Position numbers and translations under genes: made by a program. The notes beneath the pieces are model-generated. The model searched no databases. It was not told where the DNA came from and saw only the letters and a list, made by a program, of their open reading frames with translations. From the human T2T-CHM13v2.0 reference genome, Homo sapiens, in NCBI RefSeq assembly GCF_009914755.1, contig NC_060930.1: a stretch of 64,000 nt of DNA; one strand, given 5' to 3'. The number at the start of each line of letters is the position of its first letter. Position 1 is the first letter of the stretch. Below are positions 47,590 to 62,028 of this stretch, piece after piece.

Positions 47590-48250
47590 ACCTAGTCATG
47601 CTGGGCCTTCTCTATTTGTTTCCAGCTCTCCTTTCCATCCTTCCCACCTGCTCTGTGCTCTAGGAGGCTGACCTCTATTAAATGAATTCCTTCCTCACTC
47701 TCTGGGGTTTGCTTCAGCCATGGAATGTCTTTGCAGGGGCCAGCGAGTGGGAGAGGAGGTTGGGTTGGACTGTGTGCTTCCCCTCCCTGTTGCCTGCTGG
47801 TCCAAGAGTTGGCAGTCACTGCATTCTTCCCCAGAGACAGCAATTTGTCTTCACCTTCAGCTTGCTCCTGCTCTGTCCCCTGCCTCTCCCCCTCCCTTTT
47901 GCCCCAGTAGCTCCACACTCCCTTTACCCCTTCTGCCAAAGAAGAGCCTGAGACAAAGGCTTGGGTGCAGGTGATCTATTTGGGAACTCAGCTTAGAGAA
48001 GAGGAATGAGGGGCAAGAAGAGTGAACAACAGGGAGGTTCAAAGCCGACAAGGATGAATTACTGAGTTGGCCATTGCTGTTGTCAATGGGTGCTTCATTC
48101 CTCAGAATCTTCCGTGGAATCTTATGAAATACACCTCAGACAGTCTGCTAGGGAGGAAGACAAGGAATGTGCACCAGTTGCCTTCCGCCCCTCATTCTTT
48201 AAGAGAAGCGCAACCCCACTGATTCACCCACATTTCCAGGTTGCACATGC
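47590..48250. mobile_element. Ancient ERVL-type LTR fragments (LTR33/LTR16-like)
   Basis: ctgctctgtgctctaggaggctgacctcta and agaagagcctgagacaaaggcttgggtgcaggtgatctatttggga resemble these families; highly diverged. Confidence 0.45.
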
Positions 48251-48667
48251 CAGAAGGCCAGGCAGGGTCCCATAGGCATAGGCATCCCAGCATCAGGGAG
48301 GGCCTAGGGCAGGACCTGAAGGCACCATGGAGCAGGCCATTGGCAGCAGCCCTGACGGTACAGCTCTGACAAGGGGAAGGGCAGCAGGATTGGGGAAAAT
48401 GGAGCCCTGCCACTGTTACTGGGGAAGGCTTCACTGCCCCTAGTTTGCTTGACTTTTTACTTAACTCTGACACTCATGGAAACAGTTCCTTCTTTAAACT
48501 CTCCTCGAGTTCCCCATTCGATGGGATATCTATTTTGTGTTAAATCCTGCCTGCTTTACTAGCATTCTGTATCTTTTCAACTATTCCTTCAAGACTCTTC
48601 CTCTCTTTTCCTCATTATTCTCTATCCCCAAACAATAACACCTCATGGTTTTATGCTTCCCTCTTTA

Positions 48668-49130
48668 CCGGGTTGGGGAATGTCCCCGAGAATTCATGTT
48701 CTTTCCAGGATCTCAGAATGTTATCTTATTTGAAAATAGAGTTATTGCAGATGCAACTAGTTAAGATGAGGTCATCTTGGAGTAGGATGAGCCTTTAATA
48801 AAATACAACCAGTGTCCTTATAAGAAGAGAAGACACACAGAGACAGAGACACACATGGAAAACAGCTGGTGAAGACAAAGGCAGAGACTGGAGAGCGGCC
48901 TCTACAATCCAAGGAAAACCAAAGATTGCCAGCAATTCCCAGAAGCAACTCCCAGAGGCTAGAACAAAGGCATAGAACAGACTCTTTCAAAATGTCCAGA
49001 AGGAACCAACCCTCCTACATCTTGATTTCAGACTTCTGGCCTCTAGAACTATGAAAGAATAAATGTCTGTTGTTTTAAGCCACCCAGTTTGCGGTCATTT
49101 GTTATGACAGCTCTGGGAACCACGTACACC
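48668..49130 (+). mobile_element. MLT1C-like MaLR LTR
   Basis: ttaagatgaggtcat...gtgaagacaaaggcagagactggag...cttgatttcagacttctggcctctagaactatgaaagaataaatgtctgttgttttaagccaccc. Confidence 0.85.
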
Positions 49131-50369
49131 TCCCCATCAAGGCCCTCCTTCCAAGTCTCACGGGAGCCTGACAAAGACCCATGTTTCATTTTCTCTCAGT
49201 CCATCAAAACTTATCTGTCGTGGGTTTATCCTTCAGAGTCACAGCCTTTGCCAGGTGACAGTGGGTGAATAGACTGTCCTTGCTAATGCTTTAAGCAGCT
49301 AACTTGATGACTAGCAACACAATATACCTCTTTTCCTTCCAAAAACTGAACTCTAAGAAAACAACAATGACAATGTATCTCTTCCAGTTAAACTCTGCTT
49401 AAGGAGGCTCTTTAAGAACGCTTAATGCCCAGGTAATGGAGAGTGATTTGGGCAGCTCCTCAGAGCACACCCTGCAGGCCACCTGCTGTCCTTACATTCT
49501 TAGCTTGAATGAGGGGCTCAGCCAGGGTGGAGTCGTGCTGGAAATCTAAATGCCTGTCCACCTGTTAGATATCCCAGCAGGAACTACACGGGAACCAGGA
49601 CTGCTGCAATGCAACCCATGGAGAGATGAAATCCCAGATCAGCTAGCCCGGTGGGGAAACAGAAACCACACTGGACGGGAACTGTTTTCCCGTAAGTGCA
49701 ATCACCTCTTGCTAGGCACTTGTTGATCATTCCCCACCTTTGTTTCTCCCTCACCTTCCTTTGAACCGCTTTTTGCCACAGATTCACTCTACCCAAGGAA
49801 AAAAAGTCAAGAGCAAAAATATGCAGCTTGTTTCTTTGGGGTTTTTTCCTTTAATATGGTTCTCTAGATGATGTACTTTATCAGGCTAACATGAGGCTTT
49901 ACATGCTATGGGTGTTTTGTTTGTTTCTTATTATCGTCTGCAAATGGCAGAGAGTGGAGCTGACCTTTAGCACCTCCCTGCTAGACTGCTCTGCCACCAC
50001 CAAGCATGGACTTTGGAGATGAGCATGCCCAGGCTGACTCTAGCTCTCCTACTAACTGATGACCCAGAGCAAGTGAATGAGCGTCTCAAAGCCTGTCTTC
50101 TCACCCAAGAACTGGGAATAAGAATGCCTCATCATAGTTGAGTGTGAGGCTTAAACACATGACTGTACTTACGGCCCCATGCAGAGTGGCAGGTATATAG
50201 TAAAAGTTAAGATCCCTTCTCAGAATGACTTCTTACTTAAGTTCTATTTTAAATCTCACTTTGCCTGGTCATCTTAACTCCAAGGTGTCTCAGCCTGTTT
50301 GGGCACTAATTGTGCATCAACCATTTATATACTTTTTAAATTGATTTTCTGTTTTGTCTCCCAAATTTA

Positions 50370-50545
50370 AGCTGGGACCACAGGTATACACCACCATGCC
50401 TGGCTATTTTTTTGCTTTTTTTTTTTTTTTTGGAGAGATGTTGTTTCACCATGTTGCCCAGACTGGTCTCAAACTCCTGGGCTCAAGCAATCCACCTGGC
50501 CTCTCTATGTGCTGGGATTACAGATGTGAGCCACTGTGCCCAGAC
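50370..50545 (-). mobile_element. Partial Alu (J-like)
   Basis: gctgggaccacagg...ctggtctcaaactcctgggctcaagcaatccacc...gtgagccactgtgccc. Confidence 0.8.
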
Positions 50546-50817
50546 TGAAAAATATTAATAGTAACATTCATGAGCCCATTCTGTGTGTCAGACACCATGC
50601 TAAGCACTTCACTTACCTAACCCTGACAACAACAAACTGAGTTAGGATATTAACCTCATTTTAGGAACCTAAAGGGTAAACCTTACTTTAGACAACTAGT
50701 GAGTGGCAGAACCAGAATTCACAAGAATGTCTGTCTCAATTCTAGCATCAGCTCTCTTAAACAGATGATGTCAGGCACATAGTAGGAACTCTAAAGTAAT
50801 CAAAAAAAAAAAAAAAA

Positions 50818-51252
<435 letters not shown>

Positions 51253-51739
51253 TAAAAATTATAAACAGATCCTGATCTATCAGATACCAAAGAAGACATA
51301 AATATGCACTTAATGACAAAGCTTATTTGAAAAAGACATGTATCAAAATCAAACGTATTCCATGATTATTTTTTAAATGTATTATTCTTTTTCTTTTTTC
51401 TATTAAATTCTCTCCAGTTAGGCTTATCCCTGCCCTTCCACTGAAATCGAACTTATTAAAATTATTCAAGACCACCATAGTACTAATTCAGTGGTCACTT
51501 CGCAGTGAGTCCTCTTCTTTTTCTTGGTCTCTCTGCAGAGCCAGATGTGGGCATTCAAGCCTTCTTTGAACTTTCTTCACTTTACTTCCAGAACACCATG
51601 GTCTCCTGGGTTTCCTCCTATCTCACCAGACAGCTCCTTTGCTGGCTCCTCTTCTCCTAGGCCTGTTATAGTTGATGTGTCCCTGGATGCAACCCTTGGC
51701 CTCTTCTGTATCTACACTCACCCACTGAATGATCTCATC

Positions 51740-51769
51740 CAGTCTGTTCTGCTCTCATATAACATAGTG

Positions 51770-51800
<31 letters not shown>

Positions 51801-52612
51801 CTCTGTGCCATGCAAAATACACACGGTAACAACCAAAGGTCTTATGCAAAAAATGTGATTGGGGCACAACACTTAAAAATGTCAGCAACTGGCCGGGCAT
51901 GGTGGCTCCCACCTGTAATCCCAGCACTTTGGGAAGCCGGGGCAGGCAAATCACTTGAGCTCAGAAGTTCAAGACCAGCCTGGGCAACATGGTGAAATCC
52001 TGAATCTATTAAAAAAAAAATGCAGAAAATTAGCCGGGTGTGGTGGCATGCCCCTGGAGTCCCAACTACTCAGGAGGCTGAGGTGGCAGAATCACCTGAG
52101 CCTGGGATGTCGAAGCTACAGTGAGCTGTGACTGAGTCACTGCACTCCAGCCTGGGTGAAGGAGAGAGATCTTATCTCAAAATTAAAAAAAAGAAAGAAA
52201 GAAAGGAGATAACCTGATAAAAAGAATGGCACAGTTTCATACATATTAAATGGTTAAAAAATGAATAAATACTACAGTAAATCTCATAGTCTACCTTGAC
52301 AAAGACCGGAAATTTGCTTGGGAAGGATTGCAGCTTATGAGTTAGTGTAAAGTGGTGGAAGGAAGGTTTTCTGAAATCAGTGGGGAAGTTACACCAACAG
52401 ACATGAATAGGTGTAGCTCGTAACAGGGTGAACCGAGGTTAGCTGGTGGATGTTTTGAGGTGTGCTTGTGTGAATAATTTGAGTTTTTCTATACAGTTTG
52501 GTTCACCTGAGTGCAGTTTTTAATGCGTTCACTTAGTATTTCTTCCAGAATCAATAGCACATATGCAAATGCAAAATTTGCATTACGTTTAAATTGTTAT
52601 TGAATATATTTA
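51740..52612 (-). mobile_element. Tigger-family (Tigger13a-like) DNA transposon remnant interrupted by an Alu
   Basis: cagtctgttctgct end motif; gtgcagtttttaatgcgttcacttagtatttc...gcaaatgcaaaatttgcattacgtttaaattgtt resembles the recalled consensus in antisense. Confidence 0.55.
51891..52205 (+). mobile_element. Alu, AluJ-like
   Basis: ggccgggcatggtggctc...cacttgagctcagaagttcaagaccagcctgggcaac...A-rich tail. Confidence 0.88.
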
Positions 52613-55600
52613 TCTGTATTAGGTCTTCAAAGACTGTTTCTGAATAAAGTCACATTCACAGGTAACTGGACTTAAGATTTTAACTACGTTTTTGGGAGAC
52701 ATTTCAATCCATAACACAAAATATGTCCCCACATTTCTAGAAGTCCCACCTAATGTCTCACAAGGATCATTTTTTACCTTTTTATTGACAGCTACCCACA
52801 GTAAGAAAGATTCTCTGCCTCATCTCCCAGTGCACACACACACACACACACACACAACTGAAATGTTTCACAAAACTTACTTTGTGTGTTGCGATCAGAT
52901 ATTTTGTATTCTACTTGATCTACCATAGAAAAGAAAAAATGCTAGTCATGACCCACTCATTGATTTTATGACCCACTGATTATTTGTGACCTGCATTTTG
53001 AAAAACACCACTCTAGAATAAGGAAAAAAGTTCCTATCTTTAAGATTAGGTTAGGTTTTAAAAGATTGTTCCCGAGTATTTATTTGTAAGTAAAAAGCAT
53101 GTGATTATTGTTGATTACATTGCACAGGATGCGATTTGATTTGCTGTGTGATAGACTTTTAGTCTTCAAAATACTTTTCACTGTTTTAAGGTTCATTCCA
53201 TTTGCATTTCCAGCAGGCTTTCTCTCTCTCTGTCTCTCCCACTTTATTATATTATCTCACATTTGGGTCATTTTGTAATCGTTAACCTCTTCTTACCCAC
53301 TGCTCTATCACTTACCAGACTTGACCGGGTTAATAGTGCTTATTAGTGTGTCCATGTCATCATGAATGTAGGAATGGGCAGGAAGCTAAGGGCCAATGGC
53401 TAAATGAACACTTGACTTTCACCATCTGTCATCCTGCAGATTTGAAAGTGGAGGTGCTTCTGCACTTTCAGCCGCTGCATGGTCTTTGTGGCCTTGGTGG
53501 TTTTTACCCTCCCTCCTCTTGCAGCCCCTTTGCATAGAGGGCTGTTATTAAGGAGTATAAACCTTGTCAGTGGGTAGCAGGTGCCAGCTCCTGCCTCCAG
53601 TGTTGCTTCTCACTCTGCCCCCGAGGTTGCATTGTGCCAGCCAAGGCCCTGAGGCCACTCTGCTAAAATGGGAAAAGTACCCCCAGCCTAGCCCTGCTCC
53701 CAACTCACTGGATAATTCCAAAGAAATACAACTCTGTGCTCCCAACTGCTCAGATATGTCATGGGAGATCAACCCTCCTTCAATGCTAATTTTGGAAAAG
53801 AGCATATTGCAAGTTTAGAGAATGTGCCCCTGTCATATCACATATTCATTGCAAAGTTAGAACCTAAACTCATGCTCCTGATGTTCCTGGGAGCTTTTCC
53901 ATAAGCTATAATGACTCTTCACCTATTTCACAATATTGCTAAAGGCAGGTCCCGTTCATCTTCAAATAAACTGGGATGAGTAAAACTATTCATGAAATAC
54001 TTACAATTTGCTAAAGATACTCAAGTCCTCAATCTGGTATAAATCTTAGCCAAGTTGTGATCTTTCTTTTCTCACAATTCTCTTGGCATTTTTTCCCAGC
54101 AACTTCTCCCCAACTACAGCCCCCCACCTCCACTATAGCTCACATTTCTCACATTTGAAATGAGAAATCTGAGCTTCGATCTCTCTGGTAGAACAATAAG
54201 AACAACCATTTTCCCTCTAGACTAAAATTCTCACCTCTCACAGTTCTAATCTTTCTAAAATTCAGCTCTGTGAGAATTGATGTATCCATTTAATGTGGTT
54301 TGCTTTTTCATCCTTAAAACACTGTTTACATTGATAGTGCTTTGCAAAATCTTTGTAAATCTGGATAGTGCTTTGTAGAATTCATATATATCTTTAAAAT
54401 ATTAAATATATATATGAATATCTCTTATGTGCTCATATAATAAATGGGGCTGAAATACATGAAATTACAAAATTTTTCATGTGTTTCCTAGTATTACAGG
54501 AATTACATTGGGAATAGTTTTTGTAATTTAATGAACATGTTTTAGACAGGATTATAGACTTTCTCTGATGATCAAAGCTTTTGTCAAGATTGGCTGACAA
54601 CTGGACCTCTCTCTCTCTTACGTTCTCTTTTCTTTTCCTGGTTCTCACTTAAGCATCTCAAATTCTTCATAATTCTACATGTATGCTGTTAACTACTCAG
54701 CCTTCTGACTTATTGTAAATGTTTTTAGAAGTCAGAAGGTGTGCATATTCCTCTATTGAGTCTGCAGTCAATGCTTTCTGGAAGCTGGCTGCTGTTTGGG
54801 GGAACAGTAGAAGTTAAGGGGTTTCCCTATAATTTGCGCCGCTGACTGCACCATTCAATTCTTTTGGAAAGCCCCTCTCAGGGAAGCATTTTATACTTTA
54901 AAAACAAAGGTTTTTGTTTCTGCAGTGATACAGAACCTTGACATTTCAAAACTGAAAGGAACAAAAGTCAATGACCCAAGGAAAAACAATGATGAGAGAA
55001 TAAGTAAACCAAGTCTAGTGTAAACAAAGGCAGAAAAATATATTTTATTATAGAAATAAGGTTTTTAAGGACAAGTAGGGGTTGGGTTAAACATAAAAAG
55101 GGGAGATTTTTTCCTTTTTAAATACTTGGCAACGTTTCCTAGACCAGCCTGCATTAGCCAACAATTTATTTCTGGTTCTTTGAAGTTACTGCTTTGACTC
55201 AAGTAGAGGTTTTTCCATTAATATCTAAAAATTATCTATTAGTCTAAAAAGTATTAAATAATAGAATCAAGTCATTATCTATTAAAATATTATCAGTATT
55301 TATTCCCGCTATTGTCAGACCTACACGTCGTCTCTTTGGGATGAAGCACTTATAATTACGTAAGGTAATTTTTTTAAATGCTATATTTATTCAGCTGCAA
55401 GTAACAGAGAAGCTAAATACAAGAGTTAGAATAGATATAAGTTTGCTTATTCTCTCACAACAGGAAGTTTCTTGGGTAGTTGCTGGAGTTGGTTCAGTTA
55501 CTCAGTAATGGCAGGGCCAATGTCTCTGTAATTCCCTGGGCTTGGCCTTTCTCTCATTATTACCAGATAGCTGCTGAAGCTCCAATGATCAGGCTTGTGT

Positions 55601-55643
55601 CCACAAAAGGGAAGATGTATGTCTTCTTTAATGATGAAAGCAA

Positions 55644-56014
<371 letters not shown>

Positions 56015-56267
56015 TTAGCCACTCCAAGGAAGGATGGACTTTTAAGTAGAGGAAATGGAGAAGAAGGTTAAAATTAGTTGCTGAATCAGCCAACTCATAA
56101 TGTCTGTCAGAGTTTTTTTGTGGACATTTCTGACACATGATATTATATAAATAATTCCTGGGAATAATTAATTGATGATTCTGAGTCACCTAACTTCAAA
56201 ATATCAGTGTTACCCAGTCTTTAGATTTTACTGAAGATGAGAAATAAAATTAAATTTTAAAATTGGC

Positions 56268-56727
56268 GGTGGCAGACGGAATAAAGGACCCCCAATTATG
56301 TCCACATCCTAATCCCTAAAACCCATGATCTTGTTATGAAGAGATGGGGAGATGATCCTGGATGATGTAAGTAGACCCAATAGCATTGCAAGTTTTCTTA
56401 GAAGAGGGAAGCAGGAGTATCAAAGTCACAGAGGGAAATGTCATGACAAAAGCTGAGGCCAAAGAGAGAGAAAAAGATTTGAAGACACTACACTGCTGGC
56501 TTTGAAGATGGAGAAAGGAGCCAGGAACCAAGGACTGCTGCAGCCTCTAGAAGCTAGAACATGTAAGGAGGTGGAGTCTTCCCCAGAACCTCCAAATGGA
56601 AAGTAGCCCTGTCTACTACCTTGATTTCAGGACTTCTGACCTCCAGAACTGTAAGATAATAAATGTGTGCTATTTCAATCTACTATGTTTAAGGTACGTT
56701 TTACTGTACCAGTAGGAAACTAATACA
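56268..56727 (+). mobile_element. MLT1D-like MaLR LTR
   Basis: atgtccacatcctaatccct...gctggctttgaagatggag...ttctgacctccagaactgtaagataataaatg...aggaaactaataca. Confidence 0.85.
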
Positions 56728-57503
56728 GTAGCCCAGATCAGATTAGAATGAAAGCTTTAAATTGCTCTTGAAAAGTAAAAATTAAGGCTTTATGAGACTG
56801 TGGCTACAAGCCCCACAAATTACTTCCTGTGGTCATGCAAAACAGCAATGATAATTGCTAACATGTATTGAAAATTTACTATGTTCCTGGAAAATACCAT
56901 TGCATTGTGGGCATTTAATTCCATCCTTACAATAACCCTATGAGGTACATACTAATAGTATCACCCATTTTTCTCAGCACAGATGAATAGACTACAAGGA
57001 GACAGGGACATGAGGACTGGGGGGTGGGGGTGGGCGTGGCACATGGACAGCCGCACATCCATGGGCAGCAGGGCTGGCATGGGTTGGCAGATGGTTGGTA
57101 AGGAGTATCTGTGATTGGTGGCACAGGCTCACCTGGCTTCTTGGATGCAGCTGGCTACTACACCAGTGACCTGGGAACCCAAGAGATTGTGTGAGACACA
57201 AAGAGTCACTTAGAGCACTCTCCTTACTGTGTTTGAGGACACTGGAAAGAACCTGACTAAGGGCTGGAATTGCATCTGAACCACCTAATGGAGTAATGAA
57301 CTGTGCAGAGAGTTCTTTGTGTTTGTCCTGCACTTGGAGTAGATCAAGGCTGATATTCACAGAGGCAATGTAAGTCTGATAAAGACAACCCAAATAGCTT
57401 CTCAATTGTAGAGGAAAGTGCCAATGCAATCAGAAGACAAAGTTATTCCAGTCTCCCAAAAGTGATGTTTGAATCCTGATAAGTTAATACAAACAGAAAA
57501 GCA

Positions 57504-57585
57504 TACAGCAGCCCTTGCTTTGCACACTTCTGATACAAATGAGTTTCAGTTAACACAGCACTGTGCAAAGCAAAGGCTGCCTGTA
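57504..57585. mobile_element. Miniature Tc1/mariner-Tigger-type inverted-repeat element
   Basis: TA-CAGCAGCCCTTGCTTTGCACA ... TGTGCAAAGCAAAGGCTGCCTG-TA: ~22-bp imperfect terminal inverted repeats with TA duplication. Confidence 0.7.
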
Positions 57586-59181
57586 TTCAATTCTCAAAGG
57601 AGCAAAAGTAATGCAGAAAATTACTCTGCAAGGATTCAAATGTCAAAAATACATTACATGCTACTGTCTTGAATACTGTATTTATCAAAGATAAGTACTT
57701 TAATTGTACACTGAAAATATATACAATAAAGTAAAAGCAACTCTTTAAAACTTAATGTTATTTATAAGCAAGCTTCAAAACTTCCAACTTACTATAATTT
57801 TACTTGGTATTTGGTTAAAAAGTGTTCCAAAACTTACGGGAAAATGTAAGTTTAAAAATAGTGGTTGTTGCAATTACGGATAAGAATAGCTAAAGAACAC
57901 CAATAACTTCATTTTATTACTTGTGCAAACATAAGCATCAAGGTGAAAGTAAATGAATCAGGCTGCTTTATATTATCAGAAGGAACATGATCTCAAAGGG
58001 ACATTTAAGTTAATTGTTTAGCCTGCCTTACTGTATTTGGTTTGTGTAAAAAAGGAAAAAAGCAAACCAAACAAAAAATATCTCCCCTCAAAGTCCTCCC
58101 TTTCTCTGCGTTTAAGTAGGATTAAGAACCATTCCAAAATTTTGTTGTTGAGCCATGTCAAAAAAAAAAAGGTCCTAAAATAACCACTGTTGTGTCCCTT
58201 GAGGGAAGAACTCTAATGTCATCAAGCTGATATTTGGATCCTGATGGCGGAAAAAGAAAGTGTGTCTCGTTCCCGGGAAAAAAAGGAGATACACAAGCAA
58301 GGAAATTGCATGATGAGCTGTTGAGGTTCAAAAAATAAATCAGATGAGGTGTCATGCAGGCTGTCTCCATGACTTAGGGAGGATTTTTTGAGATCTTCGT
58401 ATTTCAGACTTTTCTTACATCATTCTCCTTTGTCCTAAAAGATGACAGTCCTGGCTGTTACTTCCTGTAGACGTAAGGGTAGCTGAAAGGAATGAGGCAT
58501 AACCGCCTCCACCTCCCTGTTTCCTCCCGTTTCCATTATATATTCAGGCAGTGACCATTGCTTCCAGGACCCGCTGCTATTTCTGGTGGTGCCACAGATC
58601 TGGCACAATGGGTAGATCAGAATTAAAAGCTTTTCCACTTGACAGGTTTCTTTGTCATTTCCAACTCTTGTCATCTCCGTTGTGTGGCTTCCAATTGTGC
58701 TGAGGATGCACTGGAAACATCTCTCCTTCCTGCCCATTTTCAGAATATCGCAGTGGTAGCCCTTTCTGGTTGATGTTAAATTTAGCACAAGAATTTTAGG
58801 CACATATTTGAAAGAATTAATAGGCTCTAAACAAAACCATACACATCAGAAGTGATTACCACGCAACCACCAACACTGCCTAACAGTGTCTCTGTGTGCC
58901 CATTAAAACTGTTCCTATCTCATTCCTTTTGTCAGCCTTCAACATAGAGTCACTGTTTGTGAGGATAACTGTGTACTGCCCCGACTGTGGCCTCTGATAG
59001 AGTCACAAGTCACGGTTTTTGCATATTCCAGTGAACAGCATTTAAAACTTTTGAATGTATCATTTTAATATCCAACGATGATCCTTATCTCTTACAGCCA
59101 GTTAACCTGCTCCACCAATTAACCATCATTTAATGAGTTTATTTCAGTGTTCTCAGTAATAAACATTACAAAAATAGTTTT

Positions 59182-59365
59182 AGCCGGGCGTGGTGGTGCA
59201 CACACACCTTTAATCCCAGTTATTCAGGAGGTTTCTGTGGAGGATCCCTTGAGCCCAGGACTTTGAGGGTGCAGTGAGCTGGGATTGTGCCACTGTACTC
59301 CAGCCTGGGCGAGAGAGTGAGATACTGTCTTTAAAAAATGGAATTAAATAAATAAATAAATAAAT
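59182..59365 (+). mobile_element. Alu right-arm monomer (FRAM / AluJ-like) with (TAAA)n tail
   Basis: agccgggcgtggtgg...aggatcccttgagcccagg...ctccagcctgggcg. Confidence 0.85.
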
Positions 59366-62028
59366 GGATTTTGCCACCAATAAATTTGGAAAATTGATTA
59401 CAATTTGGAAGCACACCTGTGAAGGAGTCTCAGCACACCTTTTGCTCCCACCTCTTGGGAGTTACATAATGGTACTGAATTTCCATGTGCTTTTCCCAGC
59501 CTACTTCTATCTTCCATTAAGCCTAAATGTGAGGCAGAGGGAGATATAGCTCAAAGCAAGCCCTTTGCACGTATGGTGTCCCTTTTCACGAATATTCATT
59601 AGAGTCTCCTTGTGTACAATTCAGAGGGAAATTCTTCGTTCTATTCCCTTGCTTCACATTAGTTGAAAGGGAAACAATCCAATGCTAGCTCAGAATTTGG
59701 CAGGAAGGCTGAAATACCTTTCTTTTGTTTTTTATTTTTGCAGTGATGGGGGTCTCACTATGTTGCCCTGACTGGTCTCAAACTCCTGGCCTTAAATAAT
59801 TAAATAATTCTCCTGTCTCAGCCAGGAGTTTATTGTGTATATTCAAGGTTTACAACATGATCTTATGGGATACATAGAGATAGTAAGATGGTTATGATAG
59901 TGAAGCAAACTAATGTATCCCAGTGAGAGAAAACAGTGCAGATGCGTTCCGCCTTGCCTGTCTTTGTCCATCCCTACAGTGGTGGGACTCCAAGGCAAAA
60001 TTAGCTTGAATTCACCAGTGATAGTAGTGCTTAGAGAGAAATCTTCTCGTGAAAATAAAGCTAAATTGTATTAAATATGTATGTGCCAGACAATGATCTA
60101 AGCTGTCTATACAAGTTAATTCATGGCATCCTTACTACTCTCTCCTCATAGAAGACTATTATTATCTCCATGTTAAAGACCCAGCAGCTGGGACACAGAG
60201 AGAAGAGATCATTTGCCAACAGAGTAAAGAATAAGCAGCAGCAGAAGGGATTATTACCAGGAGCCAGTCCTGACCATTACTGGCATGGGGCAGGTATTTA
60301 AAGAACAGATACAGTTGCAGGCACTGAAGAGATCATTTTTCAGACTAAGGACAATATTTGAAGAGGAAAGGCCAAAAATATTGAGCCTAGCAAACAGGAA
60401 TTGACGGCAGTGATGGAAAGTCTGTGAGGAAGTGATCCTCCAGGTCTGTGCAGGCAGGGGACAACCTGTGGATGTTGGCAGGGGGTCTCTTCAGCAGAGA
60501 GTAGGATCCAGCTGCGGGGTCATGGTCAGTTTCTGGGCATGGAATGTGAAAGCCCAACATGGACTTTAGTACTGAAATTAGCCTGGGTCATCTGTGTAGC
60601 TACCGGAAGTGAAATTTGAAAACTGTAACCAAAAGAAACCAAGCCATCAAAAAGTGTAATATCCAATGGGGACTGATCTAAGGAAGTGAGAGGCCAGTAA
60701 TCCAAAAGGAAAAGGAGGCCAAGAGCGAAGAACAGCCCAGGAGGCATGCCGAACCTCATCTCCAGCATGGTCCTGGCCACTGCGAGACTAGCTGGGTTTC
60801 CACCTTTCCTGGCCCAGTTGTGGTCAGGTGGCCCAGCTTCAGGCCAGGAGGGGAAGAAACAGCAGCCAAGGCTGACAGGAAACCTGAAACCTAAAAACTC
60901 CCCATGCCTTCCACATGACAAACACGACAGGACTCAAGTGTCCAACACTAGCATTTCAACTCCGTCTCAACTTGATACCAATCCTTGCACTTTCAGGCCA
61001 GGAGAAAATAGATTTTGAGCTCAAATAATGTTAATGCTCCATTTTTTTTTAATGTGGGAAAATAAGAAACAACCAAAATCTGATGGGATGTCATCAAGAA
61101 AATCATGAAACAGCATTTGATCACGTAATCTGCCATCATCACAAATCACGTTTTCAAGGAATATTCACTGTCTAAGGAAATGCACGTCACGTAAGGGTAT
61201 GAAGAAAAGCAGGCTGACATGCCAGAATGTGCTCTAGATTTGCTGAGAGAAATTGTGTTTTGGTACAATAAAGAAGTTGTACTGACAGAATATAGCCCTG
61301 TTTTATATAATTAATAAATTGCCTTCATTCACAGAATATTGATGGTACTGTTATACCATAAGAATAGTCAAGATATGTGAAATATCAAAGTGTCCTTACT
61401 TGCATAAAATTTAATCCCTAAAAACCTGTCACCTGATATATCTAGATACTTGAAAACTTAATCATGGTAATTTTTACCTTTTTTTTGGTTAGCCTTTTAG
61501 CAACTTGGTTTAGTTTTCCCCTTTTGGAACTAAATAAACATTGTAAAATTTAAAATTACTACATAGAGACTAAAATTGTTCATGTAAAATTTCCACATAG
61601 CAGATTAATACATATTGACCTTTACCTTTAACAGATATGGACAAAAGTAGTTAAATGTTTTTGTTGAGTGTTTATTTAACTGCCTGTGGGAAAAAAAGAA
61701 AAACTTTTCTGAGCGTAATTTAATTGTTTGGAAGTTTTGGATAGTGCAGACTTTCTATTCTTATAGATTGAGAATCAATCAAGTATAGGTAAATTTTAAG
61801 GGGTTGAGATTTCTTTGAAACCATAAAGAAGAGGCAGGGAACTGCTCATACTTCTGTTTTGTTTTGCATGGTAGCCATTGCAAGTACCTTATGCATGAAA
61901 TTAAATTGCTTGGGCTACAAACACTAAAGAGTCACATTAGCAATCCTCAAGCATTTGGTGGGAGAAGGGGGTGTTGTTGATGGTAGAGAACTACTTTCTG
62001 ATTTTCTTCAAGTCTAATGGAGGGGATA

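Noticed and set aside
54381-54418. AT-rich imperfect palindrome (ttcatatata...tatatatgaa)
   Set aside because: Short and low-complexity; expected by chance.
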